From an uncultured Flavobacterium sp. (GTDB taxonomy: Bacteria > Bacteroidota > Bacteroidia > B-17B0 > Aurantibacillaceae), in the NCBI GenBank assembly GCA_964541155.1, contig CAZIPC010000002.1:71919-135918 (forward strand): a stretch of DNA of 64,000 nt, in the 5' to 3' direction. This document shows positions 38,241 through 48,767 of this stretch, one piece after another. Under the pieces are notes generated by a model, which saw only the letters and a list, made by a program, of their open reading frames with translations, did no database searches and was not told the DNA's origin. Within the stretch, counting starts at the first letter, position 1, and each line of letters opens with the position of its first letter. Position numbers and translations under genes: made by a program.

Positions 38241-41200
38241 ATGAAAAAATCGACCTACATAAAAAGATTAACAGTTGCTGTTTGTGTTTTATTTTCACAA
38301 ACTATATTTTCCCAATTACCTGATGGTTTCGATATTAAAAAAGCACAGCAAGATGCTGTAAATAAAGGCATTCCTGCCTCTGACATTGATGGATATGTGC
38401 AGTTTTTGCATAACGACTATTTAACTCATAAAAATCATTCCCATAACCAAACAAACTCTAATTCAAATCAAGCAGGAGTTTATAATATGGGCACGATTTA
38501 TAAAAATTTCAACAATAACACTTCGGTTTTTAGATCTGCTAATCCTAACTCTACACAAAATATTTATTGCCCAAATGCTGGCTTTGAACAAGCAACTTTT
38601 ACCAACTGGACTGGAGGTTATGGAACGGTTACTACTGGAGCAACAACAGCGGCATTTCCTTCTTACACACAAACATCCCCTACTATTGTTAATCCTGCTG
38701 GAAATAATGTTGGTTTAACAAACACTGCTAATTATCATACGGTTATGACAACGCCTGCCACAAACAGTGTTTATCCTAATTGTGTAGGGTACGACTCTAT
38801 TGCTTGTAAAGTAATTGGCACCCAAACTGTTTCTGAGATTCCAGTTGTAAATCCAACTGGAGGACCAGCATCTGTTAGATTAAACGGGGCCATTGCAAAT
38901 TCCAGAGCAAGTAAATTAAACTATAACATGGTTTTAAACCCTAATAACAAAAGTTTTTCTGTGTCTTATGCATTAGTTTTAGAAAACGGCGGTCATAATG
39001 CTTATGAACAACCTTATTTTGCAGTTAAAGTAACTGATCAAAATGGAAACCCAGTACCGGGTTGCTCTGTTTATACCGTTACGTGTAATTCTTCGTTAAC
39101 TAATACAGCATCTCCATTATACGATCCTTCTTGGACTAACGGAGTTATTGGTTTTGGAAGGATGTACAGAAAATGGCAAACATTTGCGTTTGACTTCACA
39201 AATTATCCAACAGTTACTTCTGTTAATGTAGAGTTTTATGTTGGCGGTTGTTCTCAATCTGGCCACTTTGGTTATGCTTACGTTGATGCAGAATGTAGTT
39301 TAGGTGGTGCTGTATCAAGCTTCTGTGCTGGCTCAACAACAACCATTTTAAATGCTCCTGTCGGATTTACAACCTACCAATGGATTGGTCCAAATGGTCC
39401 TGTAACTGCTGCAAGTGGTGGCGGAACAAGATCAGCAACTATAACCCCAGTTACTGCAGGACAAGTGTTTACATGTAATGTAACAGCTCCAAATGGTTGT
39501 ATTAGCGCCTTTCAAACTACTGTTTCTATTACAACGGTTGGTATCACTGGCGTAAACTCAACTCCATCTTGTCCTAATGGATTAAGCGGTACGGCAATAG
39601 TAGCTGCAACAGGTAGTAGTAATGGTTATAATTATCAATGGTTTAATAGTATCGGTGCAAGCGTTGGCTCAGCGCAAACAGCCACCGGATTATCTCCAGG
39701 AACATATAGTGTTGCTGTTTCTTCTCCTTCTTGCGGAATGGCCACAACCACTGTAAATGTTGGTGTTTCGGCCCCTAATTATTACTCTTTATCTGCCCCA
39801 TTTTGTGGAGCCGTAGCTTGGATTTCTAAACCAGGCGGCACTGGTTATCGATGGTATACAACATCTCCTGTAACATTAATTCCAGGCAACACAACCGCAT
39901 CATTAACGATTATGTCTCCAACAAATGGAGCGCAATATTTTTTAGCATATACAACCGCTTCTGGCTGTAGAGATTCTATAAGATACACCTTATCTCAACA
40001 GCCGGGAGGTAGTGTTTTTACTAACAACATTAAAAGTATTTGTGTAGGAAATAGTAACTCTTACGCTGTTATTAATTTACAAACAAACGCTCCTCCTGTT
40101 TATAGCTATTCGGTAACAGGCCCAAGTGGATACTATTCTACACTCCTTAACACAAGTTCTAAAAAAGACAGTATTACAGGTTTATCTATTGGAACATATA
40201 GTGCCACCATATTTGATGGACAGTGTTTGTATAATACTACATTTACAGTAAATCCTTATATATATTCATACACATTAACGCCTTCTACTAGCACTATTTG
40301 TGCTAGTAGTAGCACGTCATTAAGTGTTAATTTTGGTAACATTGTTCCGTCAACTTGTGGATTATCTGGAACAGGAGCGTGCACTTCGTCTAATTTTATT
40401 ACCAAAGGAACAGGAACATCTGTGAACTCAAGCACGGGCTACCCTGCCATTTATGGTAATTTTTATAGAAATACACGACATCAAATATTATATACAGCAG
40501 CAGAATTATTAAGCGCTGGTGTTATCCCTGGAAAAATATCCAGTATTGCTTGGAACGTAACTGCAATTAATGGTATTTCTAATTATCCAGATTTCACTAT
40601 TAAAATGAAATGTACAAGCGTTTCTAATTTAAGCACGCTACCATTTGATAATATTGGATTAACACAAGTATATTACTCGCCATCTGTAAATATTACTACA
40701 GGATGGAATACTTACCAGTTTCCTGTTCCTTATGAATGGGACGGTGTATCAAACTTATTAATAGATGTGTGTAATAGCATTACACCTATAACAACAGCAT
40801 ATCCTAGCGGCTGGTCATCAAATTCATCTTCTCCTTATACAATAACTCCGTTTACATCTGTTAGATATTATAATAATGATGTTACTTTAGCTTGTCCAGT
40901 AGCAAATGCAAATTCAACTTCTCCAAACAGACCAAATATCATCTTTGAAAACTGTGGAGCATCTAATCCAAACGCATTTACGTATACATGGACTCCAACA
41001 ACTGGATTGTCTTCAACAACAACATACACCAGTATTGCAAGCCCTACAGTAACAACAGTATATACTGTTGAAGTAAACCCAATTGGACAAACAAACTGTG
41101 TTAATGCACAAACATCAACTGTAACAATTCTTAACCCTGTTACCCCTACTATTACTGCTACAGGACCTTTTTGTTCAAATGCAACAACCGTTAATTTAAG

Positions 41201-42872
41201 CGCAACTCCTATCGGTGGGATTTGGGCAGGCTCTGGCGTAACCTCTTCTGGTGTATTAACTCCTTCTAATACAATAATAGGCAATAACACTTATACTTAT
41301 AGCATTGGCACAGGATTGTGTGCTTCTGTAGCTAACACAACAATATCTGTTGAAGCGTATGTTCCTTCTACAATTGTAGGTAGCGTTGGTCCTCTTTGTG
41401 TAACGGGCTCAACGTTAGATTTATCCTCGGCATTAAGTACTTCAACTATTGGAATTGGCACTTGGTCTGGCAGTGGAGTTACAGGAACAATTTTAAATCC
41501 TTTAAGCGCAGGAACAGGAACCCATACATTAACTTACAACACAAATTCAGTTCCTACAGTAACCCTTTGTCCTTCTACAAGCACAATTTCTGTTATTATA
41601 AATTCTGTGTCACAACCTACTATTTCAGCTGCGGGTCCATTTTGTGATAACTATGCCGTGCAGCAACTTACAGTATCTCCTGCGGGTGGAATTTGGACTC
41701 CGGCAAATGTTGGAACAAATATTTCTGGAACGGGAGTCTTTTCTCCTGGCTCAAGTTTAATTGGTTCAAATAAAATGTATTACACATTAACCAATTCTCC
41801 TTGTGTAATTGTTGACTCAATAACCGTTGACGTTGTTAAATTTGTACCAGCAACCATTATTGGTGCTTTAGGTCCATATTGTATTTATGATGCGGCACCA
41901 AATTTACAAAGTATTGCCCAATTCCCTGGGGGTGTTTGGTCTGGAAATGGTGTAACGGGTACTAGCTTTTCTCCATCTATGGCAGGCGCAGGAATAAGTA
42001 TATTAACATATAGTACAGATCCAATGCCTAGTGGATTATGTCCTGATTCAAAAACCGTCTCTATTGTTGTAAACGCTAAACCAGATGCAAATGCTGTTCC
42101 TAATGTTAATGTAGGATGTAACCCTGTTAGTGTAGATTATTCAACTACAACCGTTAATACAGGAACTGCAATTTGGGATTTTGGTGATGGAACTCCTTTA
42201 GACACTGGCTTGTTTATAAACCATGTTTATACTGTTCCTGGAACATATACAGCAACACTTTATTACACAGATAACATTGGATGTAAAGACACTACAATAG
42301 CATCTAGTGGTATAACTGTTAATGCAATCCCCGTTGCATCTTTTGCTCCATCAATATTAGAAACAACAGTTGTGGACGGTCAAGTTGATTTTGTTAATCA
42401 ATCTACTATTTTAGGAAATAATACATATTCTTGGGATATTGGAGGCTTATATACTAGTTCGCTTGTTGATGAAACTTACTTGTTTACTAATTCGGGAGAC
42501 TATGTAGTAACACTAATTGCTACTAGTAGTGAAGGTTGTGTAGACGACACATCTGTGGTAATTAAAATTAATCCAGACGTTGTATTATATGTACCAAACG
42601 CATTTACTCCAGGAAAAGATGGACTGAATGATGTGTTTCAAATTTTCTTGCCTCCAACGGGTGTAGATTATTCAACTTTTAAATTATCTGTTTATGATAG
42701 ATGGGGAGAATTAATGTACCAATCTAATGATGTAAATGTTTGTTGGAATGGTGCAAAGAATAATTTAGGTGAAGTTTTAAAACAAGACACTTATATTTGG
42801 AAAATTTCTTTTAAAGACGAAAGAAAAAAACTATACCAAAAATCAGGTCACATTACTCTTTTACACAAATAA
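38241..42872 (+). CDS. giant T9SS type B sorting domain (CHU_C) surface protein with SprB-like and Ig-like repeats and PKD domains
   Basis: Signal peptide from ATG 38241 (the ORF track starts at TTG 38232). SprB-repeat-like unit CPNGLSGTAIVAATGSSNGYNYQW. Four tandem modules of about 65-70 aa (GIWAGSGVT.., GTWSGSGVT.., GGIWTP.., GGVWSGNGVT..). Two PKD blocks. C-terminus VPNAFTPGKDGLNDVFQI...YDRWGELMY...WNG. Confidence 0.8.
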   Translation: MKKSTYIKRLTVAVCVLFSQTIFSQLPDGFDIKKAQQDAVNKGIPASDIDGYVQFLHNDYLTHKNHSHNQTNSNSNQAGVYNMGTIYKNFNNNTSVFRSANPNSTQNIYCPNAGFEQATFTNWTGGYGTVTTGATTAAFPSYTQTSPTIVNPAGNNVGLTNTANYHTVMTTPATNSVYPNCVGYDSIACKVIGTQTVSEIPVVNPTGGPASVRLNGAIANSRASKLNYNMVLNPNNKSFSVSYALVLENGGHNAYEQPYFAVKVTDQNGNPVPGCSVYTVTCNSSLTNTASPLYDPSWTNGVIGFGRMYRKWQTFAFDFTNYPTVTSVNVEFYVGGCSQSGHFGYAYVDAECSLGGAVSSFCAGSTTTILNAPVGFTTYQWIGPNGPVTAASGGGTRSATITPVTAGQVFTCNVTAPNGCISAFQTTVSITTVGITGVNSTPSCPNGLSGTAIVAATGSSNGYNYQWFNSIGASVGSAQTATGLSPGTYSVAVSSPSCGMATTTVNVGVSAPNYYSLSAPFCGAVAWISKPGGTGYRWYTTSPVTLIPGNTTASLTIMSPTNGAQYFLAYTTASGCRDSIRYTLSQQPGGSVFTNNIKSICVGNSNSYAVINLQTNAPPVYSYSVTGPSGYYSTLLNTSSKKDSITGLSIGTYSATIFDGQCLYNTTFTVNPYIYSYTLTPSTSTICASSSTSLSVNFGNIVPSTCGLSGTGACTSSNFITKGTGTSVNSSTGYPAIYGNFYRNTRHQILYTAAELLSAGVIPGKISSIAWNVTAINGISNYPDFTIKMKCTSVSNLSTLPFDNIGLTQVYYSPSVNITTGWNTYQFPVPYEWDGVSNLLIDVCNSITPITTAYPSGWSSNSSSPYTITPFTSVRYYNNDVTLACPVANANSTSPNRPNIIFENCGASNPNAFTYTWTPTTGLSSTTTYTSIASPTVTTVYTVEVNPIGQTNCVNAQTSTVTILNPVTPTITATGPFCSNATTVNLSATPIGGIWAGSGVTSSGVLTPSNTIIGNNTYTYSIGTGLCASVANTTISVEAYVPSTIVGSVGPLCVTGSTLDLSSALSTSTIGIGTWSGSGVTGTILNPLSAGTGTHTLTYNTNSVPTVTLCPSTSTISVIINSVSQPTISAAGPFCDNYAVQQLTVSPAGGIWTPANVGTNISGTGVFSPGSSLIGSNKMYYTLTNSPCVIVDSITVDVVKFVPATIIGALGPYCIYDAAPNLQSIAQFPGGVWSGNGVTGTSFSPSMAGAGISILTYSTDPMPSGLCPDSKTVSIVVNAKPDANAVPNVNVGCNPVSVDYSTTTVNTGTAIWDFGDGTPLDTGLFINHVYTVPGTYTATLYYTDNIGCKDTTIASSGITVNAIPVASFAPSILETTVVDGQVDFVNQSTILGNNTYSWDIGGLYTSSLVDETYLFTNSGDYVVTLIATSSEGCVDDTSVVIKINPDVVLYVPNAFTPGKDGLNDVFQIFLPPTGVDYSTFKLSVYDRWGELMYQSNDVNVCWNGAKNNLGEVLKQDTYIWKISFKDERKKLYQKSGHITLLHK

Positions 42873-42890
42873 AAATATTTATTTTAATAA

Positions 42891-42920
42891 AAAAGCCCTG
42901 TAAAAAACAGGGCTTTTTTA
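42891..42920 (+). terminator. rho-independent terminator after the giant adhesin gene
   Basis: GCCCTG / CAGGGC stem with a 7-nt loop, followed by TTTTTT. Confidence 0.7.
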
Positions 42921-42926
42921 TTTTTG
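42919..42926 (+). promoter_or_regulatory. -7 box TATTTTTG upstream of the Wzy-like gene
   Basis: TAnnTTTG match 41 nt upstream of ATG 42968. It overlaps the terminator tail. Confidence 0.35.
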
Positions 42927-42967
42927 TACTCACAACAATAATAAAACCATACCAGCGTTAATAATAT

Positions 42968-44536
42968 ATGTTTCCCGAACATTGGCACCGCAACATTTTT
43001 TTATTTGGCTTAATTAGTTTAGCTGTTGGCATGTTGTTTGGCAATGCATTAACAAGTATTCCCTTGATAATATTAATTACTAATTGGTTGCTTGAAAAAA
43101 ACTTCAACACAAAATGGATAAACATAAAATCCACAAAAATATTTTGGTTATTAATCTCCTTGTATCTACTTCATATTATTGGTATGGCGCATACAACAAA
43201 TGTCTCAAATGGAATTCATGATTTGAAAACAAAGCTTCCGTTTTTATTACTCCCAGTTATTTTATTTTCTTCTAAACCCCTTTCTTTAAAAGAGATAAAA
43301 TTATTGTTTGGTTTCTTTTTGACAAGTGTTTTAGTGAGCAGCTTATATTGTTACTTAGTATATACTGGGGCTACAAATAAAACCATTATAGATACTAGAA
43401 ACGCATCTGTTTTTATATCACATATTCGATTTTCGTTATTTATTTCTTTTTCTGTTTTCTGTTTTATTTACTTATTAAAAAATACACATAAACTCGTTTT
43501 AAAAATATGTTATTTTATAGCAACTCTTTGGTTAGTGTATTTTTTAAATAAATTAGAAATGGCAACCGGCATGGTTTTTTTAATAAGCGTTTTTATTATT
43601 TTACTACTTGTTTTTGCTATAAAAAAATTAAATAAAATATTTACATATAGTTTAGTTCTTATTTTAATATGTGTAAGTGGTTTAATTTTTAATGCCGCTA
43701 AAAAAAGCATCTCTATGTATGAAAAAATTCAAAACAGTGTTTATAATAAGCCTCTTACAAAAACAAAAAGCGGTAATTATTATTATCATGACACATCTAT
43801 AAAAGCCTCCGAAAACGGAACTCTAATAGGAATTAATATTAGCGAATACGAAATAAAAAAAGAATGGAACAAAAAAAGTAATTATAAAGTTAATGGGCAT
43901 GATAAAAAAGGAAATTTATTATACTTCACTTTACTACGATATTTAGCAAGTAAAGGATTTACTAAAGACTCTGTTGGTATTTCGCGTTTAACAAATAGCG
44001 ATGTTTCTCAAATAGAAAATGGAATTTCTAATTATCGATATGGAATAAACAGTGGGTTGTTTGCCAAATGGCGAGAGGTTGTTTGGGAATACACAAAATA
44101 TAAAAATGGGGATAATCCATCTGGACACTCTATTATGATGAGGTTAGAATTTTGGAAAACGGCATGTTACATAATATCAGAACATGTTTTTTTTGGTGTA
44201 GGAACTGGGGACATTCAAGATTCTTTTAATGACATGTATATAAAATCAAATTCAAAACTTGATTTAGCCTGGAGATTACGTTGTCATAATCAATACCTGG
44301 CTATTACCGTAGCTTTTGGTGTATTTGGTTTGTTGATTTTTTTAACTTCTATTATTTCGCCAGCGATATTATTAAAAAATAAATTACACTACTTGTATTG
44401 GCCTTTTTTTTTAATTGCATTGTTATCATTTATAACTGAAGATACTTTAGAAACACAAACAGGCGTAACCTTTTTTGTTTTTTTTCAAACACTATTTATA
44501 TGGATGGCAAATTATAAAACCACTGAAACTAAATAA
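42968..44536 (+). CDS. O-antigen ligase/polymerase-like (Wzy_C family) polytopic membrane protein
   Basis: 522 aa with at least 10 TM helices, a large loop, and a Wzy_C-like block FFGVGTGD...HNQYLAITVAFGVFGL. Confidence 0.6.
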   Translation: MFPEHWHRNIFLFGLISLAVGMLFGNALTSIPLIILITNWLLEKNFNTKWINIKSTKIFWLLISLYLLHIIGMAHTTNVSNGIHDLKTKLPFLLLPVILFSSKPLSLKEIKLLFGFFLTSVLVSSLYCYLVYTGATNKTIIDTRNASVFISHIRFSLFISFSVFCFIYLLKNTHKLVLKICYFIATLWLVYFLNKLEMATGMVFLISVFIILLLVFAIKKLNKIFTYSLVLILICVSGLIFNAAKKSISMYEKIQNSVYNKPLTKTKSGNYYYHDTSIKASENGTLIGINISEYEIKKEWNKKSNYKVNGHDKKGNLLYFTLLRYLASKGFTKDSVGISRLTNSDVSQIENGISNYRYGINSGLFAKWREVVWEYTKYKNGDNPSGHSIMMRLEFWKTACYIISEHVFFGVGTGDIQDSFNDMYIKSNSKLDLAWRLRCHNQYLAITVAFGVFGLLIFLTSIISPAILLKNKLHYLYWPFFLIALLSFITEDTLETQTGVTFFVFFQTLFIWMANYKTTETK

Positions 44537-44565
44537 AAAGGAGCAACTAAGTATTGCTCCTTTTT
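44535..44565. terminator. bidirectional rho-independent terminator
   Basis: GGAGCAA / TTGCTCC stem with a 7-nt loop, flanked by an A-run and a T-run, between convergent genes. Confidence 0.65.
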
Positions 44566-44568
44566 ATT

Positions 44569-46359
44569 TTAATCATTTAATTTTAAGACTGCCATAAAAG
44601 CACTTTGTGGGATTTCTACATTACCAACAGACTTCATGCGTTTTTTTCCTTCTTTTTGTTTTTCTAATAATTTTCGTTTACGGCTTATATCTCCGCCATA
44701 ACATTTTGCAGTAACATCCTTGCGCATGGCGCTTATTGTTTCTCTGGAAATAATTTTTGCACCAATAGCTGCTTGTATTGGAATTTCGAATTGTTGTTTT
44801 GGTATCAGTTCTTTGAGTTTTTCACATATCTTTTTTCCAAATTGATATGAATTACTTCTATGAATCAAACACGATAAGGCATCTACCGGATCTCCTTTTA
44901 ATAAAATATCTAACTTCACTAAATCCGATTCTTTCATTCCAATAGGGTGATAATCAAAAGATGCATATCCTTTAGATATTGATTTTAGTCGGTCAAAGAA
45001 ATCAAATACCACTTCACCTAAAGGCATTTCAAATACTAATTCAACTCTATCTGCAGTTAAATAATTTTGAGTTACAATTACGCCTCTTTTTTCTATGCAT
45101 AAACTCATAACTGGTCCTATAAATTCAGATTTAGTAATAATGTTTGCTTTTATATATGGCTCTTCTATGTAATTAATTCTAGCAGGGTCTGGCAAATCGC
45201 TAGGGTTATTAACTCTTACAACGTCTCCGTTTGTTTGATAGGCAATATACGAAACGTTAGGAACTGTTGTAATAACAGTCATTTTAAATTCTCTTTCTAA
45301 GCGTTCTTGCACTATTTCCATATGTAACATTCCTAGAAAGCCACAACGAAATCCAAAACCTAATGCCAATGATGATTCTGGTTCCCATGTTAAAGACGCG
45401 TCGTTTAATTGAAGTTTTTCCATGCTGTAACGCAATTCTTCAAAATCTTCAGTATCTACGGGATAAATTCCAGCAAAAACCATTGGTTTTACTTCCTCAA
45501 AACCATGAATACTTTCTGCGCAAGGATTTGCAACTGTTGTTAATGTATCTCCTACCTTTACCTCTTTAGCTTCTTTTATTCCAGAAATAATATACCCTAC
45601 ATCTCCTGTTTTAACAACATCTCTAGGTTCGGGTTTTAGCCTTAATACACCAATTTCATCGGCATTATATTCCATTCCTGTATTTACAAATTTTACTTTT
45701 TCTCCTTTTTTTATGCTTCCATTATAAATTCGGAAATAAGCAATAATTCCTCTAAATGAATTAAAAACAGAATCAAAAATTAATGCTTGCAGTGGCGCCT
45801 TTTCATCTCCGTGTGGAGGCGGAATTCTATTAACAATCTCTTCTAAAATTTCATGAACTCCTAATCCTGTTTTTCCTGAAGCCAACATAATTTCATCTCT
45901 CACACACCCTAACAAATCTACTATTTGGTCTTTAACCATTTCTGGCTCTGCGCTAGGTAAATCTATTTTGTTTAGAATAGGGATAATTTTTAAATTATGT
46001 TCTAATGCTAAATATAAATTAGATATTGTTTGTGCTTGAATTCCTTGAGCGGCATCAACTATTAATAAAGCGCCCTCACAAGCAGCAATTGAACGGGATA
46101 CCTCATAACTAAAATCAACATGTCCGGGAGTATCTATTAGGTTTAATATATACTTTTCTCCTTTGTAAGAATAATCCATTTGAATCGCATGGCTTTTAAT
46201 AGTAATGCCGCGCTCTTTTTCTAAATCCATATCATCCAATACCTGAGCCTGCATGTCTCTTTTAGAAACAGTATTGGTATATTCTAATAATCTATCTGCT
46301 AATGTTGATTTGCCGTGATCAATATGTGCAATAATGCAAAAATTACGTATGTTTTTCAT
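44569..46359 (-). CDS. lepA: translation elongation factor 4 (LepA)
   Basis: [33 protein letters not shown], and the LepA-specific C-terminal domain. 596 aa. Confidence 0.95.
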   Translation of the reverse strand: MKNIRNFCIIAHIDHGKSTLADRLLEYTNTVSKRDMQAQVLDDMDLEKERGITIKSHAIQMDYSYKGEKYILNLIDTPGHVDFSYEVSRSIAACEGALLIVDAAQGIQAQTISNLYLALEHNLKIIPILNKIDLPSAEPEMVKDQIVDLLGCVRDEIMLASGKTGLGVHEILEEIVNRIPPPHGDEKAPLQALIFDSVFNSFRGIIAYFRIYNGSIKKGEKVKFVNTGMEYNADEIGVLRLKPEPRDVVKTGDVGYIISGIKEAKEVKVGDTLTTVANPCAESIHGFEEVKPMVFAGIYPVDTEDFEELRYSMEKLQLNDASLTWEPESSLALGFGFRCGFLGMLHMEIVQERLEREFKMTVITTVPNVSYIAYQTNGDVVRVNNPSDLPDPARINYIEEPYIKANIITKSEFIGPVMSLCIEKRGVIVTQNYLTADRVELVFEMPLGEVVFDFFDRLKSISKGYASFDYHPIGMKESDLVKLDILLKGDPVDALSCLIHRSNSYQFGKKICEKLKELIPKQQFEIPIQAAIGAKIISRETISAMRKDVTAKCYGGDISRKRKLLEKQKEGKKRMKSVGNVEIPQSAFMAVLKLND

Positions 46360-46440
46360 TTAAATAAAATAAGAATGTAAAGATACATTATTGAGCGTAA
46401 TAATAATAGTTGTAGTAAAATTTAAACTAAAAATGTTTAA

Positions 46441-47922
46441 TTATATTTCTTTTCTCATTCTGGCAACTGGTATGTCAAGTTGTTCTCTGTATTTTGCAAC
46501 TGTTCTTCTAGCTATATTATATTTTTTACTTTGTAAAATTTTACAAAGCTCTTCGTCTGTTAATGGTTTTTGTTTGTTTTCATTATCTACACATTCTTTT
46601 AATATTTTTTTAACTTCTCTTGTGCTAACCTCTTCTCCTCCTTCTGTGCTTAAAGACTCCGAAAAAAATGTTTTTAATAAAAACGTTCCGTAGGGCGTTT
46701 GAACATACTTGCTATTTGCTACACGTGAAATTGTTGAGATGTCTAGATTTACTTTATCTGCAATATCTTTCAAAATCATGGGCTTTAGCTTTGATTCGTC
46801 ACCTGTTGCAAAATATTCAACTTGATATTCCATAATAGCATGCATAGACATTAACATGGTTTGATGTCTTTGTTGAAGGGCATCAATAAACCACTGAGCA
46901 GATTCTATTTTTCCTTTTATAAAAGACCCCGCTTCTTTAATTGATTTTTCTTTTGCTTTCGAATATTCTTTTAGCATCTCAATATACTCTTTACTAATTT
47001 TTAAATCAGGTAAATTTCTTTGATTAATAGTAAGTTCAGGAACGCCGTCAATTACGCTAATATTAAAATCTGGGACCACTTCAGAAAACTGGCCCTTACC
47101 ATCTTCTCCAGAATTTCCAGGTCTTGGATTTAAATGGGTAATTTCAAAAATAACATCTTTTAATTCTTCGTCTTGTATATTTAAATTTCTAAGTATTTTG
47201 TCATAATGTTTTTTAGAGAACTCATCCATCATTTTTTTTACTACATCAATCGCTAAATAAATTTCTTTTGTTTTAATGGTTTTTCGTTCTAATTGTAATA
47301 ATAAGCATTCTTGTAATGTTCTTGCGCCAACTCCAACCGGATCAAACGATTGGATTATTTTTAAAATCTCTTCTAATTCTTCTTTTGTTACTTGGATATT
47401 TTGAGAAAAAGCAAGATCGTCTGTTATTAAATCTAAATCTCTTCTAATATAACCGTCCTCGTCTATACACCCTATTAGATACAATCCAATCGAAAACTCT
47501 TTATCTGTTAAATTTCTTTCCCAAAGTTGTTCCTCTAATAAAAATCTGAAATCAGGCTCTTCTACTAACACAGATTGAAAAATATCATCTTCTGCGGTTT
47601 GATTAGATGTTTCATATTTATATGCGTCTAAATCTCCCGCATCCATATAATCTTCTAAGTCATATCCATCATCTATTTTATCAATCTCCTTTTCGTCATA
47701 ATCGCTTGCGTCTTCAATATCTATACTTTCTATGTCTTCATACTCATTATCCGTATTATCAACATCTGCTAAATCTTCTTCTAGGGCGGGGTTTAATTCT
47801 AATTCTTCTTTTATTCTTTGTTCTAAAGCAACCGTGGGCAATTGCAACAATTTCATTAGTTGAATTTGTTGAGGGGATAGTTTTTGTAATAATTTTAAAT
47901 GTTGTGTTTGCTTAAGTGCCAT
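46441..47922 (-). CDS. rpoN: RNA polymerase sigma-54 factor RpoN
   Basis: Region I (LKLLQKLSPQQIQLMKLLQLP), acidic region II, and the C-terminal RpoN box ARRTVAKYRE. The start is most likely MALKQ at 47922, because a -7 box sits at 47935-47942 inside the longer track ORF. Confidence 0.9.
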   Translation of the reverse strand: MALKQTQHLKLLQKLSPQQIQLMKLLQLPTVALEQRIKEELELNPALEEDLADVDNTDNEYEDIESIDIEDASDYDEKEIDKIDDGYDLEDYMDAGDLDAYKYETSNQTAEDDIFQSVLVEEPDFRFLLEEQLWERNLTDKEFSIGLYLIGCIDEDGYIRRDLDLITDDLAFSQNIQVTKEELEEILKIIQSFDPVGVGARTLQECLLLQLERKTIKTKEIYLAIDVVKKMMDEFSKKHYDKILRNLNIQDEELKDVIFEITHLNPRPGNSGEDGKGQFSEVVPDFNISVIDGVPELTINQRNLPDLKISKEYIEMLKEYSKAKEKSIKEAGSFIKGKIESAQWFIDALQQRHQTMLMSMHAIMEYQVEYFATGDESKLKPMILKDIADKVNLDISTISRVANSKYVQTPYGTFLLKTFFSESLSTEGGEEVSTREVKKILKECVDNENKQKPLTDEELCKILQSKKYNIARRTVAKYREQLDIPVARMRKEI

Positions 47923-47934
47923 AATAATATTTAG

Positions 47935-47942
47935 CAAATATA
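47935..47942 (-). promoter_or_regulatory. -7 box TATATTTG (minus strand) upstream of rpoN
   Basis: The plus strand reads CAAATATA. It lies 12 nt upstream of ATG 47922. Confidence 0.4.
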
Positions 47943-47943
47943 A

Positions 47944-47972
47944 CAAAAAGAGCCCCAGTTTTTGGAGCTCTT
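47944..47972 (-). terminator. rho-independent terminator after the DUF420 gene
   Basis: The AAGAGCTCC / GGGGCTCTT stem is fully paired only on the minus-strand RNA (one G-U pair), and is followed by UUUUU. Confidence 0.6.
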
Positions 47973-47991
47973 AAGTGTAGTGTAATTCATT

Positions 47992-48591
47992 TTAATAATT
48001 ATAATAAGGTGAAATCATTATATATACTATAACTCCTGTAATAGTTACGTATAGCCATATAGGATAGCTAAATCTTGTTATTTTTTTATGTTTTATTTTA
48101 TCATCTTTTAATCCATAATAAAACGATAATAAAACTAGTGGCAAAACGATAACAGCAAAAAAGATATGACTTAATAATAAAACTAAATATATCGGTCTAA
48201 CAGTTGTCACATTTTGTCTTTCTTGTTCATCTAAAAAATGATTATGGTCTATGTCTCCAAAAATAGTATCGGGTATAAAATAATGTGCTGTAACATAGGA
48301 TATAATAAACAATGCCGACAAAATAAATGCTGTAATATTTATTTTTTTATGAAGCTGAATGTTTTTCTTTTTTATTGCTAAAAGAGATAAAATTAATAAT
48401 ACGCTACAGGTTCCATTTAATATAGCATTTAATAGTGGTAATTTATAAATAAAATTAGGAAATGTTTCGGGAACCGGTATAAGTTTTTGATTTAAAACTA
48501 CAACGATTAAGCTCACTAAAACACTTACAATTAGTATTATATTTAAAACAACCTTGTCGTTTTGTTTTTTTAATAAAGATTCTGTAGACAT
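47992..48591 (-). CDS. DUF420 family membrane protein (family often linked to haem-copper oxidase loci)
   Basis: 199 aa with 5 TM helices and conserved His-containing helices (LHKKINITAF..., YVTAHYF). Confidence 0.6.
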   Translation of the reverse strand: MSTESLLKKQNDKVVLNIILIVSVLVSLIVVVLNQKLIPVPETFPNFIYKLPLLNAILNGTCSVLLILSLLAIKKKNIQLHKKINITAFILSALFIISYVTAHYFIPDTIFGDIDHNHFLDEQERQNVTTVRPIYLVLLLSHIFFAVIVLPLVLLSFYYGLKDDKIKHKKITRFSYPIWLYVTITGVIVYIMISPYYNY

Positions 48592-48725
48592 AAAAATTAT
48601 TGTTATTATTTAAAATATAAAAGTACTCTTTTGTTGCATATTTAAACATGTTTGTTTTAGTTTTGTTTAAATTAAATGCGGCTAAATATAATCAGTATTT
48701 TTTTCTTTATTTTAATCTAAACTAT

Positions 48726-48733
48726 TATATTTG
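48726..48733 (+). promoter_or_regulatory. -7 box TATATTTG upstream of the first tandem T9SS cargo gene
   Basis: 34 nt upstream of ATG 48768. Confidence 0.45.
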
Positions 48734-48767
48734 GTGTACATAAATAATTAACCTAATCTATTAAAAC

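Noticed and set aside
40868-41290. 140-aa antisense ORF inside the giant adhesin gene
   Set aside because: It lies opposite a Thr/Val/Gly/Ser-rich coding stretch whose complementary codons rarely form stops. It has no start context, promoter box or recognisable domain, so it is a shadow ORF.
41130-42080. Apparent tandem repeats inside the giant adhesin gene
   Set aside because: The repetition is at the protein-module level (four Ig-like units of about 65-70 aa with low nucleotide identity). It is not a DNA-level tandem repeat or recombination cassette.
46391-47915. Two roughly 100-aa plus-strand ORFs (46391-46693 and 47607-47915) opposite rpoN
   Set aside because: They are shadow ORFs opposite the sigma-54 gene. 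The second lies opposite the acidic low-complexity region II.
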